From NCBI GenBank assembly GCA_902579065.1, contig CACHFI010000003.1, forward strand, positions 1-55,826: a DNA stretch of 55,826 bases, read 5' to 3'. Below the pieces are notes generated by a model that was not told the origin of the DNA, made no database searches, and saw nothing but the letters and a program-made list of their open reading frames with translations. Each line of letters opens with the position of its first letter. Within the stretch, counting starts at the first letter, position 1. The position numbers and the translations under genes are program-made. Source of the DNA: an uncultured Bacteroidota bacterium. Lineage in GTDB: Bacteria; Bacteroidota; Bacteroidia; Flavobacteriales; BACL11. This document shows positions 17,647 to 27,777 of this stretch, piece by piece.

Positions 17647-17733
17647 CGGAGAGGAAGGGATTCGAACCCCCGGTACCCGTAAAGGCACAACTCCTTAGCA
17701 GGGAGCCCCAATCGACCGCTCTGGCACCTCTCC
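17647..17733 (-). tRNA. tRNA-Ser (anticodon GCU), long variable arm
   Basis: Reverse complement: GGAGAGG...anticodon loop CTGCTAA...long variable arm...GGGGG-TTCGAAT-CCCTT-CCTCTCC-G. 87 nt. No encoded CCA. Confidence 0.9.
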
Positions 17734-17764
17734 AATAATTTTTAAAGAACAAAAAATAGGATTG

Positions 17765-17772
17765 CAAATGTA
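17765..17772 (-). promoter_or_regulatory. -7 promoter box for tRNA-Ser
   Basis: Minus-strand TACATTTGCAATCC, 31 nt upstream of the mature tRNA 5' end. Confidence 0.4.
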
Positions 17773-17850
17773 TATTAAAGAATTTTTATAGCAAATTTAT
17801 TTATACTCAAATTTAACCCCTTTTTTTTTAAGATATTTTTTTCGGAATGT

Positions 17851-17858
17851 TATATTTG
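17851..17858 (+). promoter_or_regulatory. -7 promoter box for the ABC importer operon
   Basis: TATATTTGCA, 17 nt upstream of ATG 17876. Confidence 0.45.
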
Positions 17859-17875
17859 CATGTTATTTACGTACA

Positions 17876-19636
17876 ATGATCAAAAAAATTTTCTTATTCT
17901 TTTTTTCTCTTCTATTGATTTCTTCATGTGTTAAAAAAAGAGATCTTTCAACCAATACAGTAGTTGCACATATCTTATCACAACCTGATGGCCTTCATCC
18001 GTACAATAATAACTCTGTAATGAGATCTTATATTTTCTCTTACACACAAAAGACTTTACTTGGGTTAGATTTAGAATCTCTTGATTATTATCCGCGTTTA
18101 ATAACTGAACTTCCAACTTCTTCAGAGGACAATAAAACTTTTTTCTTTGAACTAAGAGATGATGTAAAATGGGATGATGGTGAACAAGTTACTGGAAAAG
18201 ATGTAGTATTTTCAGCAAAAATAATGTTGTGTCATTTAACAAACAATTCACAAATTAGACCAATATACAATTCTGTTATAAAATCAGTAAAGTTAGATCC
18301 GAACAATCCACTTAAATTTTCTATGACTGCACAGGATATTAACTGGACTGCTAAAACTATTTTAGGAGGGATATATATACAACAAAAAAGTTATTGGGAT
18401 CCCAATGGATTATTTGATAATATCTCTTTTGAGCAAATATTAGATAGATCATTTGAAGAAACTGATGAACTCTCAGATTGGTTCAATGATTTTAACCATG
18501 CAGATAACGGATATAAACCAGAAAATCTAAAAGGCCTGGGACCATATTATGTGAGTGAATGGGAACCAAGTCAGTACGTAACATTAACAAGAAAAGAAAA
18601 TTGGTGGGGAACTAACGATACCTTACTTGACAATAAATCTTATCCTGAAAAAATTATTTTTAAAATTATAAAAGAGGATGCCTCGTCATATCTTGCTCTT
18701 AAAAATCAAGAAATTGATGTTACTACAAATATTGGAACTGTTAAATTAATGAAATTAAGAGAAAGAGAATATTTCAATAACAATTACGATTCTGATTTTC
18801 TTGATAGATATGGAATTTCATATATTGGATTAAATATGAAACCAGATGGAATAAAACATAAACCATTTTTTGTTGATAAGAGAGTAAGACGAGCTGTCGC
18901 ACACATGATTCCTGTTGATGAAATTATTGAAGTAATGATGCACGGAAAAGCTTCTAGACAGGCTTCAAATGTTTCTCCATTAAAGAAAACATATAATGAT
19001 ACTCTTGAACTTATTCCACTAGATATTGAAAAGGCTAAACAATTACTTGATGAAGCTGGTTGGGTAGATACTGATGGTGATAATATAAGAGACAAAGTAA
19101 TTAATGGTGTAAAAACACCATTCTCTTTTAAATTTAGCTATATGAGCTCACCTACTTCAAAAGAAATTGTTTTAATGATGAAAGAAAGCATGTATAAAGC
19201 AGGAATTGTTGCTGAGCCTACCCCAATGGATTTCTCTTTATTTTATAAAAATGCTGGTGATCACAAATTTGATGCCATGTTAGCTGGTTGGGGAAGCAGT
19301 GCTGCTTATTCTAATCCTATGCAACTATGGCATACAACCTCATGGGTTAATAAGGGATCTAATTTTTGTGGATTTGGTGATGCATACAGTGATGCGTTAA
19401 TTGATGAAGCAAATAAAACACTTGATTATGAAACCCACAGAAATGCATTGTTGAAACTTCAAGCAAAAATATATGAAGATCAACCATATGTATTTTTATG
19501 GATTACAAAAAGAAAATTTGCAGTACACAAAAGATTTGACAATAGAGATATGTATTTTGAATTTCCTGGATTAAGATTAAATAATTTAAAATTAAATAGT
19601 GATTACACTGCTAGTGGATTAACAGAGGATATATAA
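17876..19636 (+). CDS. ABC transporter substrate-binding lipoprotein, family 5 (peptide/nickel, OppA/DppA-like)
   Basis: 586 aa with lipobox LLISSC. Family-5 SBP-like core (...YYPRLITELP...WDDGEQVTGKDVVFS...). Followed directly by two permease genes. Confidence 0.85.
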   Translation: MIKKIFLFFFSLLLISSCVKKRDLSTNTVVAHILSQPDGLHPYNNNSVMRSYIFSYTQKTLLGLDLESLDYYPRLITELPTSSEDNKTFFFELRDDVKWDDGEQVTGKDVVFSAKIMLCHLTNNSQIRPIYNSVIKSVKLDPNNPLKFSMTAQDINWTAKTILGGIYIQQKSYWDPNGLFDNISFEQILDRSFEETDELSDWFNDFNHADNGYKPENLKGLGPYYVSEWEPSQYVTLTRKENWWGTNDTLLDNKSYPEKIIFKIIKEDASSYLALKNQEIDVTTNIGTVKLMKLREREYFNNNYDSDFLDRYGISYIGLNMKPDGIKHKPFFVDKRVRRAVAHMIPVDEIIEVMMHGKASRQASNVSPLKKTYNDTLELIPLDIEKAKQLLDEAGWVDTDGDNIRDKVINGVKTPFSFKFSYMSSPTSKEIVLMMKESMYKAGIVAEPTPMDFSLFYKNAGDHKFDAMLAGWGSSAAYSNPMQLWHTTSWVNKGSNFCGFGDAYSDALIDEANKTLDYETHRNALLKLQAKIYEDQPYVFLWITKRKFAVHKRFDNRDMYFEFPGLRLNNLKLNSDYTASGLTEDI

Positions 19637-21114
19637 TGCTTAAATATACTTTACAAAGAATACTGACTTTTATTCCTATGCTAATAGCTATTTCTCTATT
19701 ATCGTTTGTAATAAGTATTAATGCTCCTGGAGATCCTGTGGAAAGACTTGCAAAATCAGCAGAAAGTGAAGGATCGGCTCAAGAACAATCTGGAGCTTCA
19801 AAAAAAATTAAGCAAGAACTTAGGAAAAAATTAGGATTAGATTTACCTATATTTTATTTGAGTATTTCTGATTTATCTAGTAGTGATACACTTTATAGAG
19901 TTCAAGACAAATATCACAAATCAACACTAGAACATTTAACTCACAAATCAGGCAATTGGCAATTAGTTTCAGATTATTATCTTGAATTATTAAATCTTCA
20001 AAAAATTCATCTCACTTTAAATTCTAAAGAGATTTACAATTCTCAACAGACATTAGACCTAAATACAATAAATGAAGCTGTAAATCAGGTTGGTTTTGAA
20101 ATTAACAGTCTTTTAGAGACATCTGAAGATGAACTTATGGAATTAGCTCTCAATAAAATTGAAAATAATTTATATGAATATAGTTTTTTCAATCCATTAA
20201 TCTCGTCTTTTGATAATGTTAAAACGTTTAATAAAAATCTTCTTACGTCTGACAGTAAATGGAAAACATATATTCCAAAAATTAATTGGTATGGAAGTCA
20301 AAACCAATATCATTTGTGGTTATTTGGTAATGGAAAAGATAGGAAAGGATTATTAAGAGGTGATTTTGGAATTTCATATATTGATAGCCAACCTATCTCA
20401 ACTAAAATTTGGCAAAAAATTGGAATATCTTTTTCTCTGTCATTAATTTCAATTTTTATAGCTTATTTAATAAGTATTCCAATTGGTATTTACTCAGCAT
20501 ATAGAAAAGATTCAGCCGTAGATAAAGGATTTTCACTTATTTTATTTATTCTTTATTCTATGCCATCTTTCTTTGTTGGAACATTATTATTATTACAATT
20601 TGCAAATCCAGATAATTTAGCTTGGTTCCCTGTATCAGGAATACAAGACCCTACTCTATTTGATCCTGAATGGTCATTTTGGACTAAAATAAAACATAGA
20701 ATGCCATTTCTAATTCTACCGATTATCACATATACATATGGTTCGTTTGCATTTTTAAGTAGAATTATGCGAGTAGGAATGATTGATATTGTTTCTCAAG
20801 ATTACATAAGAACAGCAAGGGCAAAAGGATTAGCGGAGGGTAAGGTAATTTTAAAACATGCTCTTAGAAATTCACTACTTCCTGTAATTACTGTTTTTGC
20901 AGCAATATTTCCTGCAGCAATTGGAGGTTCGATAATTATAGAAGTTATTTTCTCAATTCCAGGAATGGGTGTTGAAGTCTATAATTCTATACTTAATTAT
21001 GACTACCCAATGATTATTACAGTATTTACTATATCTGGATTTTTAACAATGTTAGGATATCTAGTTTCGGATTTACTTTATGCGGTTGTTGACCCTAGAA
21101 TATCATATAAATAA
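19636..21114 (+). CDS. ABC transporter permease (OppB/DppB-like) with a long extracytoplasmic insertion after TM1
   Basis: 492 aa. EAA-loop motif YIRTARAKGLAEGKVILKHALRNSLLP. About 200 extra residues lie between TM1 and the conserved permease core. 1-nt overlap with the SBP gene. Confidence 0.9.
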   Translation: MLKYTLQRILTFIPMLIAISLLSFVISINAPGDPVERLAKSAESEGSAQEQSGASKKIKQELRKKLGLDLPIFYLSISDLSSSDTLYRVQDKYHKSTLEHLTHKSGNWQLVSDYYLELLNLQKIHLTLNSKEIYNSQQTLDLNTINEAVNQVGFEINSLLETSEDELMELALNKIENNLYEYSFFNPLISSFDNVKTFNKNLLTSDSKWKTYIPKINWYGSQNQYHLWLFGNGKDRKGLLRGDFGISYIDSQPISTKIWQKIGISFSLSLISIFIAYLISIPIGIYSAYRKDSAVDKGFSLILFILYSMPSFFVGTLLLLQFANPDNLAWFPVSGIQDPTLFDPEWSFWTKIKHRMPFLILPIITYTYGSFAFLSRIMRVGMIDIVSQDYIRTARAKGLAEGKVILKHALRNSLLPVITVFAAIFPAAIGGSIIIEVIFSIPGMGVEVYNSILNYDYPMIITVFTISGFLTMLGYLVSDLLYAVVDPRISYK

Positions 21115-21119
21115 AAAAA

Positions 21120-22448
21120 ATGAGTACACAAAATTTAGAGAATTTTTCATTTAAAAAATATGCTTGGAACCAATTCAAAAAAGATAAGGTTGCTCTAGTT
21201 TGTTTGTATCTTCTTTTTTTATTAATAGTTATTGCGGTTTTTGCTCCAGTAATAGCAAATGATAGACCTCTATATGCAGAATATAAAGGATATACATTAT
21301 ACCCTGCATTCTCAGACGAAAGTAGAACAGATTCCATTTTTACCAGTGATGGAAAATTAGATGAAATTTTACAATACGATATAACAGATTGGAGAACATT
21401 AGATTTTAAAAAGGTTATTTGGGCTCCAATTCCATACTCTCCAGAGAGCATGGATAGATATAATAGAGATTATGTCTCGCCAGCAGGAAAACAGAGGTTT
21501 AAAAACAAGAACGGTGAAATTACTGATGCGCCAAAAAAATTCAGACATTTACTAGGTACTGATGGAATTGGTAGAGATCTTGCTTCTGGACTTATTCATG
21601 GTACTAGAATATCATTAATGGTTGGTTTAGTTTCAATGGGAATTGCTAGTTTAATTGGTATATTTTTAGGTGCTCTTGCCGGATTTTTTGGTGACAATAA
21701 ACTAAAAATGCCAAGAATTAAATATCATTTTACACTTATTGGATTATTTTTTGGTCTTTTTTATGGTTTTGGACATAGAAAGTATGCATTAGCTGATGGC
21801 TTTTCAGAAGGTATTTTGAGCGGAATGACTGAATTAGTAATTAGTATTGGGGTTTTGGTTTTGTCAATGACAATTTTTAGACTAATAAGTCGATTAATAA
21901 AATTTAAAAAATTACAAGAAGAAACTTTTGTCCCAATAGACACTTTTGTTTCTAGAGGTATAGAATTATTAAACTCTATTCCAAGACTTCTACTAATAAT
22001 TACAATTACGGCAGTTGTTGAAAGAAGTATTTGGATTGTGATGGTTATTATTGGAATTACTAGTTGGACTGGAATTGCTCGTTTTACCAGAGCAGAACTT
22101 CTGAGAATAAGATCATTAGAATTTGTACAAGCTGCCCAATCATTAGGTTTTTCAAGTGCAAGAACAATATTTAAGCATGCTTTACCTAATGCTCTCGCCC
22201 CTGTATTTGTAAGTATTGCATTTGGTATTGCATCAGCAATTTTAATTGAAAGTGGATTATCATTTTTAGGTATAGGAGTTCCAGATGATATTGTAACATG
22301 GGGTTCTCTACTAAATCTTGGAAGACAAAATTTAGAGGCATGGTGGCTAATTATTTATCCTGGTATGGCAATCTTTCTAACTATTACAATCTACAATATG
22401 ATTGCTGAGGCATCTAGAGATGCATTAGACCCTAGGTTAAAAAGTTAA
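21120..22448 (+). CDS. ABC transporter permease (OppC/DppC-like), extended
   Basis: 442 aa. EAA-loop motif FVQAAQSLGFSSARTIFKHALPNALAP. Multiple TM segments. Longer than the ~300 aa typical of the family. Confidence 0.9.
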   Translation: MSTQNLENFSFKKYAWNQFKKDKVALVCLYLLFLLIVIAVFAPVIANDRPLYAEYKGYTLYPAFSDESRTDSIFTSDGKLDEILQYDITDWRTLDFKKVIWAPIPYSPESMDRYNRDYVSPAGKQRFKNKNGEITDAPKKFRHLLGTDGIGRDLASGLIHGTRISLMVGLVSMGIASLIGIFLGALAGFFGDNKLKMPRIKYHFTLIGLFFGLFYGFGHRKYALADGFSEGILSGMTELVISIGVLVLSMTIFRLISRLIKFKKLQEETFVPIDTFVSRGIELLNSIPRLLLIITITAVVERSIWIVMVIIGITSWTGIARFTRAELLRIRSLEFVQAAQSLGFSSARTIFKHALPNALAPVFVSIAFGIASAILIESGLSFLGIGVPDDIVTWGSLLNLGRQNLEAWWLIIYPGMAIFLTITIYNMIAEASRDALDPRLKS

Positions 22449-22498
22449 TTACTACTCTCCTACTTTTCTTTATTTACTAGAGATATAACATAATTTCA

Positions 22499-22506
22499 TA
22501 AATTTG
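22499..22506 (+). promoter_or_regulatory. -7 promoter box for the thiolase-to-kdsA gene string
   Basis: TAAATTTGCA, 22 nt upstream of ATG 22529. Confidence 0.45.
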
Positions 22507-22528
22507 CAACACAAAAAAATTTAATAAT

Positions 22529-23707
22529 ATGAAAGAAGTTGTTATTGTCTCTGCCGTTAGAACTCCTATGGGAAGCTTTGGGGGAATATTTTCGTCTATT
22601 CCTGCAACCAAATTAGGAAGCTATGCAATAAAAGGTGCTATTGAAAAGTGTGGTGTTGATAAAGATATTATCGATGAAGTTTTCATGGGTAATGTGTTAC
22701 AAGCAAATTTAGGTCAAGCCCCTGCAAGACAAGCTGCTATAGGAGCTGGACTTTCTGAAAATATTCCATGTACCACAATAAATAAAGTATGTTCATCAGG
22801 AATGAAATCTATTATGATTGGTACACAATCAATACTTTGCGGAGATAACGAAGTTGTAGTTGTTGGAGGAATGGAAAACATGTCTCTAGTTCCTCATTAT
22901 CTTAGTAACTCAAGAAATGGTCAAAAACTGGGAGATTTCAAAGTTTTAGACGGACTTGTACATGATGGATTAACAGATGTTTATAATAACAAACATATGG
23001 GACTTTGTGCTGAAACATGTGCAAAAGACATGAGCTTTTCTAGAGAAGAACAAGATAAATTTGCAATAGAATCATATACAAGATCTGCGAATGCTTGGAA
23101 AGAAAATAAATTTAATGATGAGATTATAAGTGTTGAGGTTCCACAAAGAAAGGGAGATAATCTTTTTATAAATGAAGATGAAGAATATAAAAAAGTTATA
23201 ATAGACAAAATTCCAAATTTAAGACCTGTATTCTCAAAAGAAGGAACGATCACAGCCGCTAATGCTTCAACAATAAATGATGGTGCATCTGCTTTAATTT
23301 TAATGTCATTAGATAAGGCAAATGAGTTAAACATTAAACCTCTTGCTAAAATTATTAGCTATGCTGACGCTGCACACGAACCAGAATGGTTTACTACTGC
23401 CCCATCAAATGCTGTTGAAAATGCATTAAAAAAAGGTAAAATTGATAAATCAGAGGTTGATTTTTTTGAACTAAATGAAGCTTTCTCTGTAGTTGGTCTA
23501 GCAAATATGAAATTATTAAATATTTCAAGTGACATTGTTAATGTTAATGGTGGAGCTGTTTCATTAGGACATCCTCTTGGGTCATCAGGGTCAAGAATAG
23601 TTGTTACATTAATTAATGTACTAAAACAAAATAGGGCCGTTATAGGAGTAGCAGGTATATGTAATGGTGGTGGTGGTGCTTCTGCTATTGTTATAAAGTC
23701 CATGTAA
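22529..23707 (+). CDS. Acetyl-CoA C-acetyltransferase (thiolase II)
   Basis: 392 aa. Active-site regions NKVCSSGMKSI, GHPLGSSGSR and CNGGGGASA. Confidence 0.95.
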   Translation: MKEVVIVSAVRTPMGSFGGIFSSIPATKLGSYAIKGAIEKCGVDKDIIDEVFMGNVLQANLGQAPARQAAIGAGLSENIPCTTINKVCSSGMKSIMIGTQSILCGDNEVVVVGGMENMSLVPHYLSNSRNGQKLGDFKVLDGLVHDGLTDVYNNKHMGLCAETCAKDMSFSREEQDKFAIESYTRSANAWKENKFNDEIISVEVPQRKGDNLFINEDEEYKKVIIDKIPNLRPVFSKEGTITAANASTINDGASALILMSLDKANELNIKPLAKIISYADAAHEPEWFTTAPSNAVENALKKGKIDKSEVDFFELNEAFSVVGLANMKLLNISSDIVNVNGGAVSLGHPLGSSGSRIVVTLINVLKQNRAVIGVAGICNGGGGASAIVIKSM

Positions 23708-24471
23708 TGAAATTTGGAATTTCTACTTTATCAATAATCCCTCTAAGATCAGAAGCAAATGATCGTTCTGAAATGACATCTCAACTATTATTTGGAGAAC
23801 ATTATAAAATAATAGAAACTCAAAAAAAATGGAGTAAAATACAAATTGCTCATGATAAATATATTGGATGGATTTCAAACAATCAAGTTTCTGAAATACA
23901 GGAAGATGAATTTGAAAGGTTAGAAAAAGAAATTCCAACTTTAACAACTGATATTCTAGATATTATTGAAGGTGATTTTCATCAACCAATTGTGATTGGA
24001 AGTGTTTTACCATTTTTTAAAAGTGATCATGCATTAATTGATAATAAAATGTATAAGTTCACAGGTAACAAAACTCAAGGTTTTAGTCAAAAAAAACAAC
24101 TTATTAATAATGCTATGATCTTTCTTAATGCACCATATTTGTGGGGAGGAAGAACGCCATTTGGAATTGATTGTTCTGGATTTACCCAACTAATATATAG
24201 ATTACATGGAATTAATCTAGCAAGAGATGCTTACCAACAATATGAAGCTGGAAAAATTATAACTGACATTAAAGAAATTGAAGCTGGTGATTTAGCTTTT
24301 TTCGAAAATAAATTAGGAAAAATTGTGCATGTAGGAATTATAATGGATAATAATCAAATAATACATGCTTCTGGCAAAGTAAGAATAGATAAATTAGATG
24401 AAAAAGGAATTTTTAACTTTAATAAACAAAAGTATACTCACAAGTTAAAATCCATAAAAAAAATAATATAG
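23707..24471 (+). CDS. NlpC/P60 (C40) family peptidoglycan peptidase with an N-terminal SH3-like domain
   Basis: 254 aa. PYLWGGRTPFGIDCSGFTQLIY (catalytic Cys) and IVHVGIIM (His). Confidence 0.9.
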   Translation: MKFGISTLSIIPLRSEANDRSEMTSQLLFGEHYKIIETQKKWSKIQIAHDKYIGWISNNQVSEIQEDEFERLEKEIPTLTTDILDIIEGDFHQPIVIGSVLPFFKSDHALIDNKMYKFTGNKTQGFSQKKQLINNAMIFLNAPYLWGGRTPFGIDCSGFTQLIYRLHGINLARDAYQQYEAGKIITDIKEIEAGDLAFFENKLGKIVHVGIIMDNNQIIHASGKVRIDKLDEKGIFNFNKQKYTHKLKSIKKII

Positions 24472-24473
24472 AA

Positions 24474-26522
24474 ATGAATAGATTATATTTTATAATTTTA
24501 ATATTAGCTTTAATTTTTAGCTCATGTAAACATGAATTAGAAACGCCTTCATGGGATGTTGATTTAATCACTCCTGTAGCTAATACTAATGTTTCAATTG
24601 ATCAAATAGTAATAGAAGATAGCTTAATTGAAATTCAAACAAATGATAGTGGTTTGGTATCATTATTTTATCAAAGCAATTTAGATGATATTGATTTTGA
24701 TTCATTAATTAATATTGATATGATAGTACCTGGAAAAACTGAAAGGTTAGACTCAATAAATTTCGATAATATAAATATTTCAGACACTATTTCTTTAGGT
24801 GAGCTAGTTTCTACAATTCCATTAGGATCAATTCTATTCCCAAATGGAAGTTCTGCATCAATACCATATTTACCAAATGTCATAAGTTCTGATACATTTA
24901 ATGTAAATGCAAGTGATTATTTTGAAACAATGATTTTAAGTGATGGTTACTTATTTTTTGAAATAACAAATAATCTTCCAACAGATATTTCAAATGTTAG
25001 TGTTTCACTAGTAAATTCATCAAATTTAAATAATATTGCAGCTTTTAATTTTCCTTTAATTTCTTCTGGAACAAGCGCTAAAGACAGTTTATCCTTAGCT
25101 GGTTTATCAATTGATAAAAACATTGAAGCAATTATAAACAATGTTGATGTAAATGCGAGTAATGGAAATATTACTGTTAACTATTCTGATAATCTAATCT
25201 CCAAGATCAGTTTAAAAAATCTTCAAATAACTGAAGCGACCGCTTTTTTCCCTCAACAAGAATTATCAAAAGAAATTACTGAAACAACTTTTGATTTGGG
25301 TGATGCACAAATAACTGAAATAGGAATTAAAACTGGTTTAGTTAAAATTAGTTTGGTTAGTACGATACCTGATACAGGAAGAATTATTTATAATATTCCT
25401 TCTTTAAAAAAGAATGGAGTACCATTTTCTACTGAAAAAATTGTACCAACAACAATTTCAGGAGAAAGCACTGATTATATATTTGATTTTCAAGACTATG
25501 TCTTGGATTTAACAGGTAAAGATGGCAGATTAGGTGGTGACACTGTAAACACTATATATTCTGAATTGATAACTTACATAGATTCTACAGGAGAATTAGT
25601 AACTTTAAACCAACAAGATAGTTTCTATTATTACACAGAATTTATTTTTAGTCCAGAATATGCACTTGGATATTTAGGAACTGATACTGTTGAGTTTGGT
25701 CCTGAAATAATTAAAAATAATATATTTAATAATATAATTGGAGGAAATATTGATCTTAATAATACTAATTTATCTGTTGAAATTGATAATTATTTTGGAG
25801 CAGATGCAAATTTAGTTTTTACGAATCTTACTGCGGAAAACTCAAATACAGGAGAAATTTCAACACCATCAGTTGATGAAGATGGAAATAATTTTATTGG
25901 TCATGAGTATAATATAAATCGTGCTACACTTATAAATCTTGCTAATTCAAATATCCAATCTAGCACTACTTCTATTAGGCTAAATGCTGATGAAATGCTA
26001 AGTATTCTTCCCGATAAAATTACAACTTCATTAAATGTTTATTTAAATCCTAATGGACAGTCATCAACACCTGATTTTATATTTCCAGATTATCCTCTAG
26101 ATGCCTCAATTGAATTAGAAGTACCATTAAATATAATTGCTAATAATCTACATTTAAGAGATACTACAGATGTTGATATTGAACAAAATGAAGATGTAGA
26201 AGTTGAAAAAGTTTTTCTAAAAGTAGAGAATGGATTTCCAATAGATTGTAATATAAAAATGATAATACTCGATAAAAATCAGAATATTCTTGATACTTTA
26301 TTTAAGAATCAGAGTATTACATCTGGATTGTTGCAAAATAATCTAGTAGTAGAAAAATCAATAAATATATTAGAGACATCTGCACTAAATTTTGAAGAAA
26401 TTAATAATATAATTTTTGATGTAAAATTTAATACAGATGATGTAAACAATCATGTAAGTATATACAATGATTATACTATAGATTTCTTACTAAGTATAAA
26501 ACTAAAAACTAGAGTAAATTAA
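24474..26522 (+). CDS. Hypothetical lipoprotein (682 aa), no recognisable domain
   Basis: Lipobox ALIFSSCKHE. N/S/T/I-rich beta-type sequence. 2-nt spacers on both sides. Confidence 0.8.
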   Translation: MNRLYFIILILALIFSSCKHELETPSWDVDLITPVANTNVSIDQIVIEDSLIEIQTNDSGLVSLFYQSNLDDIDFDSLINIDMIVPGKTERLDSINFDNINISDTISLGELVSTIPLGSILFPNGSSASIPYLPNVISSDTFNVNASDYFETMILSDGYLFFEITNNLPTDISNVSVSLVNSSNLNNIAAFNFPLISSGTSAKDSLSLAGLSIDKNIEAIINNVDVNASNGNITVNYSDNLISKISLKNLQITEATAFFPQQELSKEITETTFDLGDAQITEIGIKTGLVKISLVSTIPDTGRIIYNIPSLKKNGVPFSTEKIVPTTISGESTDYIFDFQDYVLDLTGKDGRLGGDTVNTIYSELITYIDSTGELVTLNQQDSFYYYTEFIFSPEYALGYLGTDTVEFGPEIIKNNIFNNIIGGNIDLNNTNLSVEIDNYFGADANLVFTNLTAENSNTGEISTPSVDEDGNNFIGHEYNINRATLINLANSNIQSSTTSIRLNADEMLSILPDKITTSLNVYLNPNGQSSTPDFIFPDYPLDASIELEVPLNIIANNLHLRDTTDVDIEQNEDVEVEKVFLKVENGFPIDCNIKMIILDKNQNILDTLFKNQSITSGLLQNNLVVEKSINILETSALNFEEINNIIFDVKFNTDDVNNHVSIYNDYTIDFLLSIKLKTRVN

Positions 26523-26524
26523 TT

Positions 26525-27775
26525 ATGAAAACAAAAATTTTATACCTCTTATTAATATTTTCTTTAGTATCAAAAGCACAAAATAATAATATTGAAACTT
26601 TTAGAGAGTTTTATATTGGCTCAAATTTATCTTTTGAAAGCAGTTCATTAAATGGTAATATTATTGAAGAAATTTTTAGTGGATATATTGATAATAATCT
26701 AAAAGATAGAATATTAAATCTAAGTGATGATCATATTTTAAATTTATCTTTTAAAAACAATATTTCTTACATTGAAAATCTTACAGATAATATCTTTTAT
26801 AATTTTTCATTTTCTGATATAACAGAAATAAATGCAAAATTTGACAATGATCTTTTAAAGCTTGGTTTAAAAGGAAATTATGAATTCCAAGATGAAACAT
26901 TGGAGTTTGAAAACACAAGAATACGTGCAAATAGGTATCAACAATTTAAATTACAACTAGAAAAGAAAAATAAAAACTCTTCATTTGGACTAGGTTTATC
27001 ATACGTTCATGGAAATCATAATTTTACTGTTATTTCAAATAATGCATCAATATATACAGCTCCAATGGGGTTATATCTTGATCTAGAATATGATATAAAT
27101 GCATTTTCAACAGATACTACAGACTTTTCACTTTTTGAAAATAATGGAAATGGAATTGCATTAGATTTAACAGGATCTTTTAATGTATTAAACCACAAAC
27201 TTGACTTTTACATGTTTGATTTAGGATATATTTTATGGGACAATAACTCTAGAAATATATTTGTAGATAGTGCATATATTTTTCAAGGAATTAACATAGA
27301 TAATGTATTTGATTTCAATGACTCTGTACTAGAAATTTCTAACATTCTTGATGATTATGATAATATAAATGAAAAAAACAATTCATTTAAATCATATTTA
27401 GGAGCTAACATTGGATTTAAAATTTCAAAAGAAATTAAAGGAAATAGATTTGGTTTAATAACTTATGGATTAAATAATAAATGGCAACCATATTTAGATA
27501 ATGAAAAATTATCATTTAATAAAATTAAACAAGGATTTGAAGAATCTGATTATAAACCTTATTACTTTGTTAGTACTGAAGTAATATTTAATAATGTTTC
27601 ATTGCTTCCAAAAATTGGATATGGAGGATATACCAATAATCTAAATATTGATCTATCACTAGTAATTAGAAAAAATATATCATTTGCTATTGGCACACAA
27701 CATCTAGAATTTTTATTTGATAAAGAAAATACATATGGAACTGGAGTATATTTGCAGATTCATAAAGAATTATAG
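26525..27775 (+). CDS. Hypothetical exported, outer-membrane beta-barrel-like protein (416 aa)
   Basis: Signal peptide ...SLVSKAQ. Alternating-hydrophobicity strands (GLGLSYVHG, GIALDLTGSF, FGLITYGL). Possibly the DUF5723-type family (weak recollection). Confidence 0.75.
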   Translation: MKTKILYLLLIFSLVSKAQNNNIETFREFYIGSNLSFESSSLNGNIIEEIFSGYIDNNLKDRILNLSDDHILNLSFKNNISYIENLTDNIFYNFSFSDITEINAKFDNDLLKLGLKGNYEFQDETLEFENTRIRANRYQQFKLQLEKKNKNSSFGLGLSYVHGNHNFTVISNNASIYTAPMGLYLDLEYDINAFSTDTTDFSLFENNGNGIALDLTGSFNVLNHKLDFYMFDLGYILWDNNSRNIFVDSAYIFQGINIDNVFDFNDSVLEISNILDDYDNINEKNNSFKSYLGANIGFKISKEIKGNRFGLITYGLNNKWQPYLDNEKLSFNKIKQGFEESDYKPYYFVSTEVIFNNVSLLPKIGYGGYTNNLNIDLSLVIRKNISFAIGTQHLEFLFDKENTYGTGVYLQIHKEL

Positions 27776-27777
27776 TT

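Noticed and set aside
17525-17733. The tRNA pairs at 17525-17733 and 40542-40748 as integration hot spots for mobile elements
   Set aside because: I found no integrase, transposase or phage-like genes anywhere in the window. I saw no duplicated tRNA 3'-end segment nearby, and both flanks are ordinary conserved genes.
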